Positions 61,222 to 64,000 of a DNA stretch of 64,000 nt are shown here, in pieces. The stretch covers positions 1,733,473-1,797,472 of the forward strand of contig OY759675.1 of assembly GCA_963662515.1 (NCBI GenBank). Direction: 5' to 3'. This DNA comes from Sedimentisphaerales bacterium. GTDB taxonomy: Bacteria > Planctomycetota > Phycisphaerae > Sedimentisphaerales > SM23-30. The notes beneath the pieces are model-generated. The model was given only the letters and a program-made list of their open reading frames with translations. It did not search any database and had not been told where the DNA came from. Every line of letters begins with the position of its first letter. Positions within the stretch are counted from its first letter, which is position 1. The position numbers and the translations under genes are program-made.

Positions 61222-62538
61222 ATGGAAAAGAAAGTTAAAATTGCTATTGTCGGCTGTGGTATAGTTGGAACCGGAGTCGCTAAGATATTACTGGAACAAA
61301 AAGAAAGCATAAAAAAGCGTACAGGCATTGAGCTTGTATTGACTGATATTGTTGATAAGGATCTGGATCGAGAGCGTCCAGTGTCAATTCCGGCTGGTAT
61401 GCTCCATAGTGATCTTGATAAGGTGCTGAAAGATTCTGAGATAGAGACAGTGGTGGTGGTGGTTGGCGGTACTACGATCGAGGCTGAGATCCAGAAGAAA
61501 GTTCTGGCCAGTGGTAAGAATGTGGTTACTGCTAACAAGGCATTATTGGCTGAACGAGGTAAAGAGATATTTGCAGTTGCCCGTGAAAATGGTAAGTGTG
61601 TGGCATTTGAAGCAAGCTGTGGGGGCGGTATTCCTTTGATCTCGACAATAAACACAGGTCTGGCTGCCAATAACATTCAGTTTATTATTGGTATTCTTAA
61701 TGGAACCTGTAATTACATACTCAGCAGTATGACCGAGCAGGCAAAGTCTTATGCTACTGCCTTGAAAGAGGCTCAGGTTGCCGGATTTGCTGAGGCTGAT
61801 CCAACTTTGGATGTTACTGGTGCTGACAGTGCCCATAAGATAGCTATATTAGCTATGCTGGCTTTTGGTTGCGATATAAAGTATGAGAATGTGTCATACA
61901 GTGGCATAGATACTGTAGATCTGGTTGATATAAACTATGGCCTGAAAATGGGCTATGTAATGAAGCTGCTGGCAATGGCATGGCGTACCGATAAAGGTAT
62001 TTCTATTCAGGTGAGAATGGCTTTTATTTCAAATGATGAACCATTATCTCGTGTTTCAGGTCCATTTAATGCTGTCAGTATTTTTGGCGATGCGGTCGGC
62101 CATACCCTTTATTTGGGGCGTGGTGCAGGTATGTTGCCAACCGCCAGTGCGGTTGTTGCTGATGTTATCGAGGTAAGTCGTGGTAATGCCGGTCGGATAT
62201 TTGATAATACTGCTGGCTTGGGTAAGATTGCAGAGCCTGCGGTTTTGTGTCCGGCACAAGAGAGTATGAGCCGGTTTTATCTCAGGGTTAATGCTGCTGA
62301 TAAGCCAGGGGTATTTGCCAGTCTCAGTACAATTCTTGGTAACCATGACATTAGTATTATGTCATGTCTGCAACAGGAGGTTCATGATCCAGGTTCAGAA
62401 TTTGTACCTGTAATTATAATGACGCATCTTGCCAGACAGGGAGATATGGACAACGCCCTGGATGAGATCGCCAAGTTGCCGACTATTAAAGATAAGCCAA
62501 TTTGTATTCCGGTGGTCACTCCACCCTCTGATGAATAA
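61222..62538 (+). CDS. hom: Homoserine dehydrogenase with a C-terminal ACT domain
   Basis: Motifs are KIAIVGCGIVGTGVAKIL, TANKALLA and EASCGGGIPLI. An ACT-like tail is present (RFYLRVNAADKPGVFASLSTILGNHDISI). Confidence 0.9.
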   Translation: MEKKVKIAIVGCGIVGTGVAKILLEQKESIKKRTGIELVLTDIVDKDLDRERPVSIPAGMLHSDLDKVLKDSEIETVVVVVGGTTIEAEIQKKVLASGKNVVTANKALLAERGKEIFAVARENGKCVAFEASCGGGIPLISTINTGLAANNIQFIIGILNGTCNYILSSMTEQAKSYATALKEAQVAGFAEADPTLDVTGADSAHKIAILAMLAFGCDIKYENVSYSGIDTVDLVDINYGLKMGYVMKLLAMAWRTDKGISIQVRMAFISNDEPLSRVSGPFNAVSIFGDAVGHTLYLGRGAGMLPTASAVVADVIEVSRGNAGRIFDNTAGLGKIAEPAVLCPAQESMSRFYLRVNAADKPGVFASLSTILGNHDISIMSCLQQEVHDPGSEFVPVIIMTHLARQGDMDNALDEIAKLPTIKDKPICIPVVTPPSDE

Positions 62539-62557
62539 AATGAATATTTTTTAATGG

Positions 62558-62596
62558 CCTATAAGCAGCCGATATTGGTTGCTTATAGGTTTTTTT
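62558..62596 (+). terminator. Rho-independent terminator after hom
   Basis: CCTATAAGCA-GCCGATATTGGT-TGCTTATAGG is followed by TTTTTTT. Confidence 0.8.
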
Positions 62597-62604
62597 GCTT
62601 TGTG

Positions 62605-62647
62605 GTTGATAAATAAAAGCCATGCCAGTATTAAACTGACATGGCTT
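62605..62647 (-). terminator. Terminator after fba
   Basis: The hairpin pairs AAGCCATG (62617-62624) with CATGGCTT (62640-62647). On the minus strand it is followed by TTTTATTTATC. Confidence 0.6.
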
Positions 62648-62680
62648 CTGATTTTTTCTAAGACTTATATCTGCTATCGC

Positions 62681-63631
62681 TTAGCGACACAGGTCTGCCT
62701 TGCCGGCACAACCAAGTACATGGAGCTTGTGCTTAACCATCTGCTTGATAGCATCACGGCCAGGGCCGAGATACTTGCGAGGATCGAATTCGCCAGGCTT
62801 GGTAGCGAATACTTCACGAATCTTAGCGGTAAGGGCCAGACGCAGGTCAGTATCGATGTTGATCTTACATACAGCGCCTTTAGCAGCCTGAGCAATAGCT
62901 TCCTCAGGTACGCCCATAGAACCAGGCATGTTACCGCCATACTTGTTGATCAGTTCGATGAATTCCTGTGGAACAGAGCTTGAACCGTGCATTACCAGTG
63001 GGAAGCCGGGCAGACGACGAGCGATCTCATCGATAACATCAAATGCCAGCTTGGGAGCGCTCTTGAACTTGAAGGCACCATGACTGGTACCGCATGCAAC
63101 AGCGAGAGAATCACAGCCGGTCTGCTTAACAAATTCTTCAGCTTCAGCAGGGTCAGTAAGGTGATTCATTACATCATCTTCACTTACGCCAACAACTTCT
63201 TCTTCAATACCGCCGAGCTGACCGATCTCAGCTTCAACAGTCACATTGTGCTTGTGAGCGTAGTCAACAACCTTCTTGGTCTCTGCAACATTAGTTGCGA
63301 AGTCTTCATGGCTCTTGTCGATCATAACAGAGGTGAAGCCATCTTTAACGCACTGTTCGCAGAGCTCATAACTGTCGCCGTGGTCAAGGTGCATAGATAT
63401 TGGCAGATCGCCGCTGTCTTCGATTGCACAGTCGATCAGTGCACGCAAATACTTAACATTGGCATATTCACGAGCACCCTTAGAGATCTGAAGAATAAGC
63501 GGAGCGTTTTCTTCTTTACAGGCATCAACGATAGCCTGCATTATCTCCATATTGTTTACATTGAATGCGCCGATAGCAAAACCGCCATCATAGGCCTGCT
63601 TGAACATTTTTTTGGTACTTACCAGTGGCAT
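62681..63631 (-). CDS. fba: Class II fructose-1,6-bisphosphate aldolase
   Basis: Motifs are GAFNVNNMEIMQAIVDACKEENAPLILQISKGAREYA, HLDHGDS and MHGSSSVPQE. ORF 62987..63655(+) is its shadow. Confidence 0.92.
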   Translation of the reverse strand: MPLVSTKKMFKQAYDGGFAIGAFNVNNMEIMQAIVDACKEENAPLILQISKGAREYANVKYLRALIDCAIEDSGDLPISMHLDHGDSYELCEQCVKDGFTSVMIDKSHEDFATNVAETKKVVDYAHKHNVTVEAEIGQLGGIEEEVVGVSEDDVMNHLTDPAEAEEFVKQTGCDSLAVACGTSHGAFKFKSAPKLAFDVIDEIARRLPGFPLVMHGSSSVPQEFIELINKYGGNMPGSMGVPEEAIAQAAKGAVCKINIDTDLRLALTAKIREVFATKPGEFDPRKYLGPGRDAIKQMVKHKLHVLGCAGKADLCR

Positions 63632-64000
63632 AGTATCTCTCCATATTTGGGTTAGAGTTTATCCGGGTTAACCAGTTTTCTGTTTGTTATCTTACGGCCA
63701 AAGCAATAGTTCCGGCTTTAACCGCAGTCCCCAGTATAACTGATTGTCAAGACCAGTTACGGGGTGCGATTGTACCGGTAATACAAAACTCATGCAAGAA
63801 AATTATTGGCACTTGCAATATCAATACCCCACCAATTAAATGGAAGGGCCAGTTGAATTGCCGGTATGATAATTCTTTATATAACTACTTTATCAGCAGG
63901 TGTTTAGTAGCTATTTTTATTTGTATCTGATTAAAAGGTCAATCAGAATTAACATGATCAGCTTTGATTGGAATGTCCTATAACATAGTTGCTCGATTGA

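Noticed and set aside
1-64000. tRNA, rRNA, tmRNA or RNase P genes
   Set aside because: Visual scanning of all intergenic regions longer than 100 bp found no cloverleaf-compatible or otherwise recognisable structured RNA gene. A tRNAscan/Infernal run would be needed to be certain.

Overview
This is a compact, AT-leaning bacterial chromosomal window. I saw no rRNA, tRNA or CRISPR by eye. The gene content suggests a glycan-degrading PVC-type bacterium, possibly Planctomycetota/Phycisphaerae, Kiritimatiellota or Lentisphaerota (inference only). That content includes ECF sigma/FecR pairs, modular LamG/CBM/Ig exoproteins with dockerin-like tails, a PEP-CTERM protein, GH92 and GH115. Layout from left to right: (1) 1-10.6 kb holds a DeoR-centred divergent cluster. 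It has E1-alpha (partial), E2 and E3 of a 2-oxoacid/acetoin-type dehydrogenase complex, a PHP-like protein, two SDRs, an unusually long MDR dehydrogenase and a stand-alone class II aldolase-like protein. (2) 10.7-17 kb holds single genes: a GGQ release-factor-like protein, CheW, a GT-C-like membrane protein, 5-formyl-THF cyclo-ligase and a Cache-PAS-DUF294 sensor. (3) GH92 is followed by a 1.66-kb gene-free foldback between convergent genes. The foldback is built from nested repeat modules around a 13-copy 21-bp tandem array and is the most unusual DNA in the window. A PMP-like beta-helix exoprotein and two membrane proteins follow. (4) rpsA, pfk and mraY. (5) 31-51.6 kb holds two tandem ECF-sigma/FecR loci. 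Their anti-sigma factors carry a long NPCBM-like C-terminal extension. Their cargo is a combinatorial family of secreted CBM/LamG/Ig/FAD-oxidoreductase/GH115 proteins ending in a single dockerin-like motif or PEP-CTERM. (6) The right end holds a YkgJ-like protein, HDOD, an orphan histidine kinase, an intact IS256-family element with an 8-bp target duplication, pepF, an orphan OppF-type ATPase, hom and fba. All functional calls come from motif recognition in the translated ORFs; no database search was possible.
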